Origin: Candidatus Oxydemutatoraceae bacterium
Lineage (GTDB): Bacteria; Pseudomonadota; Gammaproteobacteria; Poriferisulfidales; Oxydemutatoraceae
Direction: 5' to 3'
Length of the DNA stretch: 64,000 nt
Assembly: GCA_965218975.1 (NCBI GenBank)
Contig: OZ244717.1
Span: 1,216,001-1,280,000, forward strand
The notes beneath the pieces are model-generated. The model was given only the letters and a program-made list of their open reading frames with translations. It was not told the origin of the DNA and made no database searches. Positions within the stretch are counted from its first letter, which is position 1. Each line of letters starts with the position of its first letter. Position numbers and translations under genes: made by a program. Shown in pieces: positions 31,568 to 41,805 of the stretch.

Positions 31568-33391
31568 ATGAATACAATTCCTAAATTACTAGTGCATCAA
31601 GCGCAGGTGCATGCTGACGCAGTTGCCATTCGTTCAAAGCAATTGGGTATTTGGCGCGCATTTACCTGGCAGCAGGTATTGGCCGAGGTTGAAACAATTG
31701 CATGTGGCTTTGCCGATCTCGGCGTTAATAAAAGCGATGCAATTGCGATCATGGGTAGCAATAATCCGCATATTTTTAATTCAATCACTGCTTGCCAAGC
31801 GGTCGGTGCGATTCCAGTACCGATATACGGCAATTCGGTCGGTGAAGAATTGGCATATATGCTTAATATATCAGGTGCACAATTTGCGGTTGCGCAGGAT
31901 CAGCAACAAGTGGATGCGCTGCTGGCACTACCAGGGCATGCGCTGCAGCAGATTATCTATATTTCCCAGCGCGGTTTATCCGTTTATCCTCATTCAAATA
32001 TGAGCAGTTTTGAGGAATTAAAGGAACGTGGCCGACGATTCCATGCTCAAACCCCTAATTTTTTTGCACAAGCAGTGGAATCCTCCGATCAAGAGACACC
32101 GGGAATGGTTTTATTTACCTCCGGTGTTTCAGGAAACCCTTTGGCGGTTCAAGTGAAGTACAAAAATATGTTACATGTTGCGACATATATTGCAAAGACG
32201 GACGGTATTACTACCGCTGACGAAGTGCTTTCCTTTATGCCGATTTCCCGTGCGACTAGCCTTTTGTTTGGTTATGTGATGTCACATGTAACCGGATTAT
32301 GTGTTAGCTGCCCTGAAAATGTCGAGACAATTATGGGGAATTTGTGTGAGATAAATCCGACGCTGTTATATGGTCCGCCGCAAGTTTATAAATATATCGC
32401 TGCTTCAATTTATGACCGGATTGATTTGGCGGACGGGTTACCGCGGAAGTTATATGATTATTACATAAACAATGCGATAGAAAAGAAGCGCCCTATGCGC
32501 GGAATAGGGGAAGTTCTAGTCGCAGGCCCTATTCGTGATTTGTACGGTTTGGGTAAAGTGCGCTTGCTATTATCGGGAGGCGACTTGATTCCATCACAGT
32601 TATTTGATTTCTTCCGCGCGTTGGATATTAAGATACGAAAAATATATGGTAATACCGAGTCTTTTGGTTGTATTACTTTACAAGCTGCAGAAGAGACAAC
32701 CGAAGATGTAGGATATGCGATAGAAGGAATGGAGATTAAAATCTCCGACGAGGGGGAAATTTTATGCCGCGGCAAAAATTTAGTGAGTAGTTATTTAAAT
32801 AATCCGCAAGCAACGCAGCAGGCGTTTGATGCGCAGGGTTGGCATCGTACAGGCGATGTGGGTGTGTTGGAGCCTAGTGGTTTGTTACATATCTATGATC
32901 GCCTCAATGCAGTAACTGTGATGCCGGATAAAACAAAATATATGCCAAAAGTAATTGAGAGCAGTATCAAAGCATCGCCTTATGTCCATGAAGCTTTTGT
33001 GGGCGGCGGAGATACCGGCGAGTTAGTAGCGGCTGTAATTATTAGTGGTGATTTAGTTGGGAAATGGGCAAAAAATAAAAAAATTCGTTATGCAGGATAC
33101 GCCGACTTAAGCCGCAAAAAACCGGTTCAAGATTTGATTGCAGAAGCGATTGTTTCGGCAAATGCCACTAAGGCGCAGAATAAGCAGCCATCGGTACGTA
33201 AGTTTATTCTTTTTCATCGTCAGTTGAGTTTTCAAGCCGGAGAAATAACATTGATGAGTAAATTAAGGCGTTCGTTTCTCCAGAAAAGTTTTGGTGACAT
33301 TATTCAAGCGGCGCAAAGCGGCAAGGAAAATATTCAATTTTTTGATTCGATGAATAAGGAACAAGTTCTTTTCAACATTTGTCAATGTTAA
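31568..33391 (+). CDS. Long-chain acyl-CoA synthetase-like AMP-binding protein
   Basis: FTSG, YGNTE, GWHRTGD, C-terminal KLRR; heads a Liv-type cluster. Confidence 0.88.
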   Translation: MNTIPKLLVHQAQVHADAVAIRSKQLGIWRAFTWQQVLAEVETIACGFADLGVNKSDAIAIMGSNNPHIFNSITACQAVGAIPVPIYGNSVGEELAYMLNISGAQFAVAQDQQQVDALLALPGHALQQIIYISQRGLSVYPHSNMSSFEELKERGRRFHAQTPNFFAQAVESSDQETPGMVLFTSGVSGNPLAVQVKYKNMLHVATYIAKTDGITTADEVLSFMPISRATSLLFGYVMSHVTGLCVSCPENVETIMGNLCEINPTLLYGPPQVYKYIAASIYDRIDLADGLPRKLYDYYINNAIEKKRPMRGIGEVLVAGPIRDLYGLGKVRLLLSGGDLIPSQLFDFFRALDIKIRKIYGNTESFGCITLQAAEETTEDVGYAIEGMEIKISDEGEILCRGKNLVSSYLNNPQATQQAFDAQGWHRTGDVGVLEPSGLLHIYDRLNAVTVMPDKTKYMPKVIESSIKASPYVHEAFVGGGDTGELVAAVIISGDLVGKWAKNKKIRYAGYADLSRKKPVQDLIAEAIVSANATKAQNKQPSVRKFILFHRQLSFQAGEITLMSKLRRSFLQKSFGDIIQAAQSGKENIQFFDSMNKEQVLFNICQC

Positions 33392-33411
33392 AAGTAAGTG
33401 CAAATAAATAA

Positions 33412-34266
33412 ATGACGCTGCAATTTACAGATTCGGTTTTGAAAAGGCATAACGCTCAGTCGGTATCGTCATTAAATGGTCAAAGGAGTCCGCAGAACAA
33501 CGGCGCTTTATTGAGTATAAGGGATATTACCTTGACATTCAAGAGAGTTGCAGCAATTACTGACATCAGCTTTGATGTTATGGAAGGAGAAATTTGTGCT
33601 TTGATTGGGCCGAACGGCGCCGGGAAAAGTTCAATGCTCAATGTTATTAACGGAGTGTATCGTGCACAACAGGGAACAATTACTTACAACGGCCATACAT
33701 ACACTCATATACACGCCGGGACGGCGGCAAGAAAGGGGATTGCCAGAACTTTTCAAAACATCGCCTTGTTTCACGGGATGACGACACTTGATAATATTAT
33801 GACAGGTCGCAATCTAAAGATGAAATCGACCGTGTTAGAGCAAATTTTTTATTTTGGCAGGCCACGTAACGAAGAGATCTTTCACCGGCGCAAGGTTGAA
33901 GAAATCATTGAGTTTTTACAAATCCAATCAATCCGGAACACACCGGTCAACAATCTGCCTTATGGTTTGCAAAAACGCGTTGAGTTGGGTCGAGCTTTGG
34001 CCATGGAACCGAAAATGCTTCTGCTTGACGAACCAATGGCTGGGATGAACATGGAGGAAAAGCAGGATATGTCTTGCTTTATTATGGAAATCAATCGTGA
34101 ATTTGGGACAACAATCGTGTTGATTGAACACGATATGAGTGTGGTGATGGATATTTCCGACCATGTGATTGTGATGGATTACGGCAAGAAGATTGGCGAT
34201 GGGAATCCTGAAGAGGTTAAAAATAATCCCGAAGTGATTGATGCCTATTTGGGGATACAGCATTAG
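33412..34266 (+). CDS. LivG-like ABC ATPase
   Basis: GPNGAGKS, RTFQN, LLLDEP, IEHD. Confidence 0.93.
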   Translation: MTLQFTDSVLKRHNAQSVSSLNGQRSPQNNGALLSIRDITLTFKRVAAITDISFDVMEGEICALIGPNGAGKSSMLNVINGVYRAQQGTITYNGHTYTHIHAGTAARKGIARTFQNIALFHGMTTLDNIMTGRNLKMKSTVLEQIFYFGRPRNEEIFHRRKVEEIIEFLQIQSIRNTPVNNLPYGLQKRVELGRALAMEPKMLLLDEPMAGMNMEEKQDMSCFIMEINREFGTTIVLIEHDMSVVMDISDHVIVMDYGKKIGDGNPEEVKNNPEVIDAYLGIQH

Positions 34267-34277
34267 GAGAGCATGAA

Positions 34278-35201
34278 ATGCTATTTTTTGTTGAAACATT
34301 AATGGTCGGTTTGCTCAGTGGCATCATGTACTCGCTCGTTGCAATCGGATTTGTCTTGATTTACAAATCTTCGGGAGTATTTAACTTTGCCCAAGGGACT
34401 ATGCTGTTATTTGCCGGTTTGACTTTCATCAAGTTGGTTGAGCAAGGGCTGACGTTTTGGTATGCATTCAGCTTGACGTTGGGTGCGATGGTTGTAATGG
34501 GAATTTTGATTGAGCGGTTTGTAATGCGTCCGTTAGCAAACCAATCCTTGCTGTCGTTGTTTATGGCAACCGTCGGGTTGAGTATCTTTCTTGAGGGCTT
34601 CTCTCAAGGACTATGGGATTCTGCAGTGCATGGACTTAAGCTCTCTGATTTTTTTGATTTTGCGCTACTTGATCCTTCACCGATATTTGTTGCGGATTTT
34701 ATTCCTTGGCTGGATATTATCATTGCACGCTTTGATATTTTTGCCGCGATTGTTGCAGGGTTGATGATACTGAGTCTATCGCTATTTTTCCAAAAAACCA
34801 AGACAGGCATGTCTCTACGCGCCGTTTCCGACAATCATCTTGCGGCGCTTGCAGTTGGCATCCCTTTGTCAAGGATCTGGGCGATTGTTTGGTCAGTTAC
34901 CGGAATCATCGGTTTGGTTGCCGGCTTATTGTGGGCAGATCGAATCAGCGTGTCGTTTACTTTGACTGCAGTGGTGTTAAAAGGCTTGCCGGTTATTTTA
35001 GTCGGCGGATTAACCTCAATCCCGGGTGCAATTATCGGAGGTTTATTGATCGGTGTCGCCGAAAAAATGGGTGAAATTTATGTGGCGGATTTGCTTGGTG
35101 GTCAAGGGATTGAAAATTGGTTTGGGTATGCCGCCGCGATGCTGTTTATTCTATTAAGGCCGGCGGGATTATTCGGGGAAAAAGCGACAGAGAGGGTATA
35201 G
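34278..35201 (+). CDS. LivH-like ABC permease
   Basis: FNFAQG, RP.GLFG. Confidence 0.92.
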   Translation: MLFFVETLMVGLLSGIMYSLVAIGFVLIYKSSGVFNFAQGTMLLFAGLTFIKLVEQGLTFWYAFSLTLGAMVVMGILIERFVMRPLANQSLLSLFMATVGLSIFLEGFSQGLWDSAVHGLKLSDFFDFALLDPSPIFVADFIPWLDIIIARFDIFAAIVAGLMILSLSLFFQKTKTGMSLRAVSDNHLAALAVGIPLSRIWAIVWSVTGIIGLVAGLLWADRISVSFTLTAVVLKGLPVILVGGLTSIPGAIIGGLLIGVAEKMGEIYVADLLGGQGIENWFGYAAAMLFILLRPAGLFGEKATERV

Positions 35202-35205
35202 AGCC

Positions 35206-36324
35206 ATGTTTTACCGAGGCGGTGGTCAAATTGTTAGCAACTATCTGCAAGATCGGCGGATGCTGCCGATTCGTCAGGATCGGTGGTTTTTATTTGCCGC
35301 TCTCTTTGCGATGTTCTTTGTTGTGCCGAATATCGCCGACGATTACTGGCTCTCGGCAATTTTAATTCCTTTGATGGTATTTACCCTAGCCTCTCTGGGG
35401 TTAAATATTTTGACCGGTTATACCGGTCAATTATCGCTTGGCACCGGCGGCTTCATGTTAACGGGAGCGATTGCGGCATTTAACTTTATTTATCGTTTTG
35501 AAGGAATGCCCTTACTGCTTGCTTTTATTCTCGCTGGCATAGTAACCGGTTTGGTTGGGGTGGTTTTTGGTTTACCTAGTATCCGTATTAAAGGTTTTTA
35601 TTTGATTGTTTCAACTTTGGCGGCACATTATTTTTTGTTGTGGTTTTTCAGAACTTACACCTACTTTGTTAATTACGACCGTGCGGGTGTCGTACTGTTA
35701 TCCAGCAAGTATTACGATACTACTTGGCTGACGTTTGATCCTGCAAATTATTATCTGCCGACATTGACTACCATTAATATTAATACGGCGATTGGCAAAT
35801 ACTATATCGCGCTGATAACCCTTATTCTGTTAACCTTAGCCGCTAAAAATCTGACGCGCGGATTATTTGGCCGCAATATGATGGCAGTTCGCGATATGGA
35901 TATTGCCGCAAGTGTCGTAGGAATCCGAGTAGCGATTACAAAATTAGTTGCATCTTTCTTAAGCACTTTTTACATTGGTATTTCAGGTGCATTATTCTCG
36001 TTCTGTTATACGACGAATATTGATTTACGGATGCACGAGTTAGACCGCGGGTTCCAAGTCCTATTTATGATTATTATCGGTGGTTTAGGTACTATTTCAG
36101 GGGCTTTCCTGGGAGCGGCATTCGTTTATCTGTTTGATATTATCCTCAGCTTGGTTGGCGATAAAATATTCGGCGGCGCATTTGATTCGGCATTTGTTGA
36201 GAATTTGTCAAAGATGCTGGTCGGAATCATTATCATTTTGCTCTTAATTAAAGAGCCGGGCGGGTTTGCCGCTCTCTGGCAGAAATATAAGGGAAAACTG
36301 ACTAATTGGCCGTTTCCGCATTGA
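35206..36324 (+). CDS. LivM-like ABC permease
   Basis: GLN.L.GY.GQLSLG, AVRD, IIGGLG. Confidence 0.92.
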   Translation: MFYRGGGQIVSNYLQDRRMLPIRQDRWFLFAALFAMFFVVPNIADDYWLSAILIPLMVFTLASLGLNILTGYTGQLSLGTGGFMLTGAIAAFNFIYRFEGMPLLLAFILAGIVTGLVGVVFGLPSIRIKGFYLIVSTLAAHYFLLWFFRTYTYFVNYDRAGVVLLSSKYYDTTWLTFDPANYYLPTLTTININTAIGKYYIALITLILLTLAAKNLTRGLFGRNMMAVRDMDIAASVVGIRVAITKLVASFLSTFYIGISGALFSFCYTTNIDLRMHELDRGFQVLFMIIIGGLGTISGAFLGAAFVYLFDIILSLVGDKIFGGAFDSAFVENLSKMLVGIIIILLLIKEPGGFAALWQKYKGKLTNWPFPH

Positions 36325-36608
36325 TTTGGACGGCTAATTTTGGACATTTGGACAAAAGATAAAAGATTGATTTATCAGTCTTTTGTAACGGAAATGGTGG
36401 TTGAGACAGATAAAAAAGATGACAAGTCCATCATTTTTGCTTATATTTACCGGTTATACGGTCTTAGAAAGGATAAAAGAAAAGACTGTGTATAGATAGA
36501 GAGTTGAGTATTTTACGAAGAACAAAATTCAAACTACTCTAGCTAAATGAAAAACACATGCGCAAGGAAGATGCAAGTGTTTGATGAAAAACTAAAGGAG
36601 ATTATTTA

Positions 36609-37955
36609 ATGAAAAAACTTTTTATAGTAGCAATCAGTCTGAGTGCTATGCTGGCAAGTAGTTCTCTAGTTGTTGCACAGGAGTCATATTATGTGCCGAT
36701 GCCTGTTTATAGAACGGGTCCTTATGCAGCGGGCGGAACGGGCTACTTTGGTGGAATAATTGATTACTTCACTCTGCTTAATGAGCGTGACGGAGGAATC
36801 GGTGGCGTAAAGATTGTTTGGGATGAATGCGAAACAGAATATAACCGTACTAAGGGTATTGCGTGCTACCATCGTCAAAAGACAAGTAAGACGATGGGTG
36901 AAGCGCTATACTTTGACCCTTTGAGCGTGGGTATTTCTTCCTCTTTGATTGAGCAAGGGCGAAGAGATAAAATTTCCATTATCAGTGTGAACCATGGCAG
37001 AACTGAAACGGAACGCGGTGACGTATTTCCATATCAGTTTCCGTTGGGGACGAATGCTTATGACTTCGCCTATGCGACGGTCAAGTTTATGGGGCAGCAA
37101 ATGGGTGGAATTGATAAGCTCAAAGGTGAAACCATTGTTACGTTGTACCATGGTTCGCCGTATGGTCGTGAAGCTAATGAGTTTCTGACTGGTCTGGGTG
37201 AGCAATATGGTTTCACGCATAAGCCGATTGAGGTGCCTCATCCCGGCAATGAGCAAGGTGCACAGTGGCTGAAAATCCGTCGGATGAAACCTGCCTATGT
37301 ATTTTTGCGTGGTTGGGGTGTCATGAATCCGGTTGCTATGCAGGCTGCGGTTCGTAACGGTTACTCGGTGTCTAATCTCATTGGCAACGAATGGAGCAAT
37401 TCCGACGAAGACGTAATTCCTGCCGGTAAAGCGGCTGATGGTTACATTGCTGTAACCGTTCACCGTGCCGGAACCGACTACCCTATGGCAGATCAAATCC
37501 GCCAGCTTTATATTCAGGGTAAAGGTGACCTGGGAGACAAAACCCGTCTTGGCAGTGTTTACTACAATCTTGGCTTGTGGGCGGGCGTTATGTCTGCTGA
37601 GGCGATTCGCGTTGCGCAGAAGCGTTTTGGCAAAAAGCTTTCAAGCGCTCAGGTCCGTTGGGGCTTTGAAAATATTCATTTGACAGAGGAACGTTTGAAT
37701 CAAATGGGTCTTGGGGACATTGTTCCTCCGATTAAAGTGACCTGCAAGGACCATGCTGCATTGCATACCGCGCGTTTCCAACAATGGAGCGCTTCTAAGC
37801 GTCAGTGGAAACTAGCAAGCGGCTGGATTGAAGGCCGCAGCGACTTTTCTCAGAAAGTTGTTGACGAAAATGCTGCAAAATACGCTTCGGAACATCCTGA
37901 GTTTCCGCAACGTGATTGTGACAACCCGAAAGATCGGGACGATTTTGATGTCTAA
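36609..37955 (+). CDS. LivK-like periplasmic binding protein
   Basis: Signal peptide, YRTGPYA, RGWGVMN; AAAGGAG RBS. Confidence 0.9.
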   Translation: MKKLFIVAISLSAMLASSSLVVAQESYYVPMPVYRTGPYAAGGTGYFGGIIDYFTLLNERDGGIGGVKIVWDECETEYNRTKGIACYHRQKTSKTMGEALYFDPLSVGISSSLIEQGRRDKISIISVNHGRTETERGDVFPYQFPLGTNAYDFAYATVKFMGQQMGGIDKLKGETIVTLYHGSPYGREANEFLTGLGEQYGFTHKPIEVPHPGNEQGAQWLKIRRMKPAYVFLRGWGVMNPVAMQAAVRNGYSVSNLIGNEWSNSDEDVIPAGKAADGYIAVTVHRAGTDYPMADQIRQLYIQGKGDLGDKTRLGSVYYNLGLWAGVMSAEAIRVAQKRFGKKLSSAQVRWGFENIHLTEERLNQMGLGDIVPPIKVTCKDHAALHTARFQQWSASKRQWKLASGWIEGRSDFSQKVVDENAAKYASEHPEFPQRDCDNPKDRDDFDV

Positions 37956-37987
37956 TTAAAGGCTGATAAATTGATATAAAAAATTTT

Positions 37988-38030
37988 GGATGGGTGAGAG
38001 TTAAATAATCATTTGCCCGCCCATCCTTTT
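37988..38030 (+). terminator. Hairpin/terminator after the binding-protein gene
   Basis: GGATGGGTG...CGCCCATCC followed by TTTT. Confidence 0.55.
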
Positions 38031-38060
38031 CTTTTTAAGAAATTAAATAAGTACAGACAA

Positions 38061-38870
38061 ATGTCAGAACCGCTGTTCAATGTCAATAATATAGAAGTTG
38101 TTTATAACCAAGTAATTCTCGCCTTGCGCGGAATGACTCTGGATGTCCCGAAAGGTTCGGTTGTTTCTTTACTCGGAGCGAATGGTGCCGGTAAAACAAC
38201 CACACTGAAAGCTTGCTCGAACCTTTTGCAAGCAGAACGTGGCATGGTCACAAAAGGGTCAATTGAATTCAACGGACAAGATATTTCCCAATTGGAAGCG
38301 CATGAGTTGGTAGACCAAGGTGTTGTTCAAGTGTTGGAAGGACGTCACTGTTTTGCACATTTAAGCGTTGAAGAGAATTTGTTGACGGGGTCGTTTATTC
38401 GTAAGACTGCACCGCGCAAAGAAATCAAAGAAGATTTGGAAAGAGTTTACAACTACTTTCCACGGATTAAACATTGCCGCAAGACACTTGCAGGCTTTAC
38501 TTCCGGAGGGGAACAGCAAATGACTGCGATTGGCCGCGCTTTAATGGCAAAGCCGCAATTGATTTTGTTGGATGAACCTTCTATGGGACTTGCACCGCTA
38601 TTTGTCGAGGAAGTTTTTGAAATTGTCAGGCAATTAAATGAGCAGGAAGGAGTCAGCTTTTTGGTCGCCGAGCAGAATGCGATGGTTGCGTTACGCTATG
38701 CCGATCACGGTTACGTCGTTGAAAATGGCAGGGTAGTCTTAAAAGGTGAAGCAAAGAGTATGATTGGAAGAGAGGATATTAAAGAATTGTATCTCGGCGC
38801 CGCCGATACCGCCGGTATTAGCTTTAAGGATGTTAAATATTATCACCGGCGTAAACCGGTTTTTTTATAA
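38061..38870 (+). CDS. LivF-like ABC ATPase
   Basis: GANGAGKT, SGGEQQM, DEPSMGLAP. Confidence 0.93.
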   Translation: MSEPLFNVNNIEVVYNQVILALRGMTLDVPKGSVVSLLGANGAGKTTTLKACSNLLQAERGMVTKGSIEFNGQDISQLEAHELVDQGVVQVLEGRHCFAHLSVEENLLTGSFIRKTAPRKEIKEDLERVYNYFPRIKHCRKTLAGFTSGGEQQMTAIGRALMAKPQLILLDEPSMGLAPLFVEEVFEIVRQLNEQEGVSFLVAEQNAMVALRYADHGYVVENGRVVLKGEAKSMIGREDIKELYLGAADTAGISFKDVKYYHRRKPVFL

Positions 38871-38880
38871 TTTCACGGTC

Positions 38881-39360
38881 TTATAACAAGCTCTGCTTGT
38901 TGACAATTATTCCGTCTTTATCGACATAGACATATTCCCCTGGAACAAAGGAAACTCCCGCAAATTCAACCAAGATATCACGCTCTCCGGTATTGCTTTT
39001 TTCACTTTTCATAGGGCAAGCCGCTAAGGCTTTTAGACCAATTTTCATTTGCAAAATTTCGGAAGAGTCTCGAATACATCCGTAAACGATAATACCTGCC
39101 CACGCGTTTTTTACTGCGGATGCCGCGAGCAGGTCACCAAGTAGCGCGCAACGATGTGAACCGTTGCCATCAACGACCAATACCTTGCCTGCACCTGGTT
39201 CCATCAATGCTGCTTTGACCAAAGAGTTATCCTCAAAACATTTAACTGTGCTGATTTTTCCACTAAATGTTTTATAGCCGCCGAAATCATGGAACAACGG
39301 GAACGCGACCCGGATCGTACTTATATGTACGTCACATAAATCTGCCACTTTAAAGTCCAT
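38881..39360 (-). CDS. rraA: RraA family (RNase E regulator / HMG aldolase-like)
   Basis: ADLCD, KCFEDNS, VLVVDG.GS..CALLGD, GCIRD. Confidence 0.92.
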   Translation of the reverse strand: MDFKVADLCDVHISTIRVAFPLFHDFGGYKTFSGKISTVKCFEDNSLVKAALMEPGAGKVLVVDGNGSHRCALLGDLLAASAVKNAWAGIIVYGCIRDSSEILQMKIGLKALAACPMKSEKSNTGERDILVEFAGVSFVPGEYVYVDKDGIIVNKQSLL

Positions 39361-39402
39361 ATACTTAGTAAGTATAGCAATAGTTGCCACCTCTGCCTAC
39401 GA

Positions 39403-39769
39403 TGTACGGTGATCGCATTCATATCTTTTTGGAATATTGCCGTTTCCTCTCTTTCGTCTACATTAGAACGCAATTTTTAGTAGCGGGAAAAAATAGAGAT
39501 GCTATGTCGGTTTAGAGCAACTGAACGGGTCTATGATATAAGCTCAACAAGAGCGCTGATATGCTTTCCGATTCATCATCCGCCAGCTTTTATCCCAAAG
39601 GTTCTATAAAGTTCTTTTGTCCGCTTCGTGGGCAGCAATACGGAAACTTAAAGTGTTGAAGTTTTACAACACTCATTATAAGTAATGTTTTTCGTGCACA
39701 TTGCATAAACCCTCGCCGGATGCTTGAATAATATCCGCTTGGTTTACCCAGTATGTATTAAATCGTACA
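39403..39769 (-). mobile_element. Highly decayed IS481-like relic
   Basis: TGTACG...CGTACA ends. CCAGTATGTAT near 39748 matches the left ends at 950 and 1484. Faint PVQLL*TD and MNA traces. Confidence 0.45.
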
Positions 39770-39775
39770 AGCGCC

Positions 39776-41569
39776 TGTACAGTGCCAGATACATGTGGGA
39801 TTCACGGCACGACTCAAAAAGGTAACCGATATGCAATATCAGCACATCGGCCACCGCATCAAAGGTTTCTATATGAGCCCATTTTGCTTCAAAAATAGAG
39901 GCTCATGAACACAACGGCTCAACAGAAATATGATGCCCTATTATTTTGGGAGGGTTGTAACTTCCGAACGCATTCAAGATCGGTCGCAGTACTTTGTACC
40001 GCTGGCGCCGGCGTTATCGCCGCACTGGCCTCAGTGCCTTACATGATCGCGGCAAAGCGCCGCGTAAGAGGCGCCGGCGGATTGTGCCGGATTGTCGGCA
40101 AAGTGCCTGTCGTCCATGACGCGACTGGGTTCTGTCAACAAGCTCCAGCCCCGACGTCCTTGTCGGGTCGTTCACCGCTGAAAACCAATTGGTTTTCCGG
40201 GCGCGTCTCACCCATGACGAGACTTGGTTCTGTCAATGAGCGCCAGCCCTGACGTCCTTGTCGAGTCGTTCGCCGCTGAAAACCGATCGATTTTCCGGGC
40301 GCGTCTCACCCTGCGCCAGGCAGAATTTCGGCAGCTTTGGCAAATCTCGGCAGCAGTAAAATCTTTGAGCTGATGAAACCGTTTTGTGTTTGTTGCCGTG
40401 TTGTCGGCGGATTGTGCCGGATTGTCGGCAAAGTGCCTGTCGTCCATGACGCGACTGGGTTCTGTCAACAAGCTCCAGCCCCGACGTCCTTGTCGGGTCG
40501 TTCACCGCTGAAAACCGATCGGTTTTCCAGGCGCGTCTTACCCATGACGAGACTTGGTTCTGTCAATGAGCACCAGCCCGACGTCCTTGCCGGGTCGTTT
40601 GCCGCTGAAAACCGATCAGTTTTCCGGGCGCGTCTCCCTGCCCGAGTGTCCGCACGATTGCGCGCCTGATCGCGGATGCGCCGGATAAAATGCGCTGTAT
40701 TCCGCAGCGGCTGAATGCCAAAGGACAAACAAAACGACCGTTTAAGCGCCGTTGCAGGGCACGCAAGCCGAAACACTTCAAAGCACAGTAATCCGGGGCA
40801 TTGCATCGCCCTGGATACGATTGTGCGTTATCAGCACGGAGTGCGCCGCCACGTCTTAACGGCCATCGATGTCTATACCCGAATGGCAATAGCAACGGCA
40901 ACCAACCGCTGTAACAGCTGCAACGCAGCCGCATTCCTGCGCCTGACCCTGGCGGTGCTGCTGCAACCGGTAAAATATATTCTGACGGACGGCGGTAGTG
41001 AGTTTCAAGGACAGTTTGCTCGGCTCATCCGGGAATCACCCGTGATTGAGCAGTGGCTGACCTATCCCAAGTGTCCAAAAATGAACGCGCACATCGAGCG
41101 CTTCAACCGCACCGTCCAAGAAGATTGTATCGATCATGCAGAAGACCTGCTATTCGCCGATACGGAAGCATTCAATGACTGGTTATGAAACCGTTTTGTG
41201 TTTGTTGGTGGATTTTCGGCGGATTGTGCCGGATTGTCGGCAAAGTGCCTGTCATCCATGACGCGACTGGGTTCTGTCAACAAGCTCCAGCCCCGACGTC
41301 CTTGTCGGGTCGTTCACCGCTGAAAACCAATTGGTTTTCCGGGCGCGTCTCACCCTGCTCATCCATGACGCGACTGGGTTCTGTCAACAAGCTCCAGCCC
41401 CGACGTCCTTGTCGGGTCGTTCACCGCTGAAAACCGATCGGTTTTCCGGTCGCGTCTCACCCTGCACCGTCCTCATGCCGACAACGGACAGAAAGCACCG
41501 ATCCGAATGTTACTGCCGAACGCTTCCCCCGAAGCCCTTCAAAAATCCTATTTAGAGTGGCATCGTACA
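39776..41569 (+). mobile_element. 1794-bp defective IS481-like element with 5-bp TSD and six R cassettes
   Basis: Ends TGTACAGTGCCA / TGGCATCGTACA (10/12 inverted match); GCGCC at 39771-39775 and 41570-41574. DDE core ALDTIV..LTDGGSEF..KMNAHIERFNRT. Confidence 0.93.
40075..41464 (+). repeat. Three tandem pairs of R: 40114-40313, 40444-40640, 41256-41464
   Basis: Each pair is preceded by a GGATTGT-repeat tail; two sequence variants. Confidence 0.95.
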
Positions 41570-41805
41570 GCGCCTTGCATCTCGATAGAATTTAGGTTAT
41601 CTTAAAAAGATGATTAGACAATCAAACACCTTATTCTTTTTTTCGCAGAGTCCTTATTGTTTTCTGCGCTGTTTTCTGCGCACAGGATTACGACTGCCGC
41701 GGTGAGCGGTAGCTAAGAATAGCCGGCGGGCTTACACGTAAAATAAATACCCTTATTTTTTATTATCCAAGATGCCACACTTACAGTGTGGGCTGCTTAC
41801 AACAG

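Noticed and set aside
40075-41464. R tandems as a CRISPR array
   Set aside because: Units are about 100 nt, directly abutting or separated by transposase DNA, with no unique spacers and no cas genes.
41610-41705. Leucine attenuator leader before leuA
   Set aside because: The 31-codon ORF has only scattered Leu codons and no convincing terminator/antiterminator pair.
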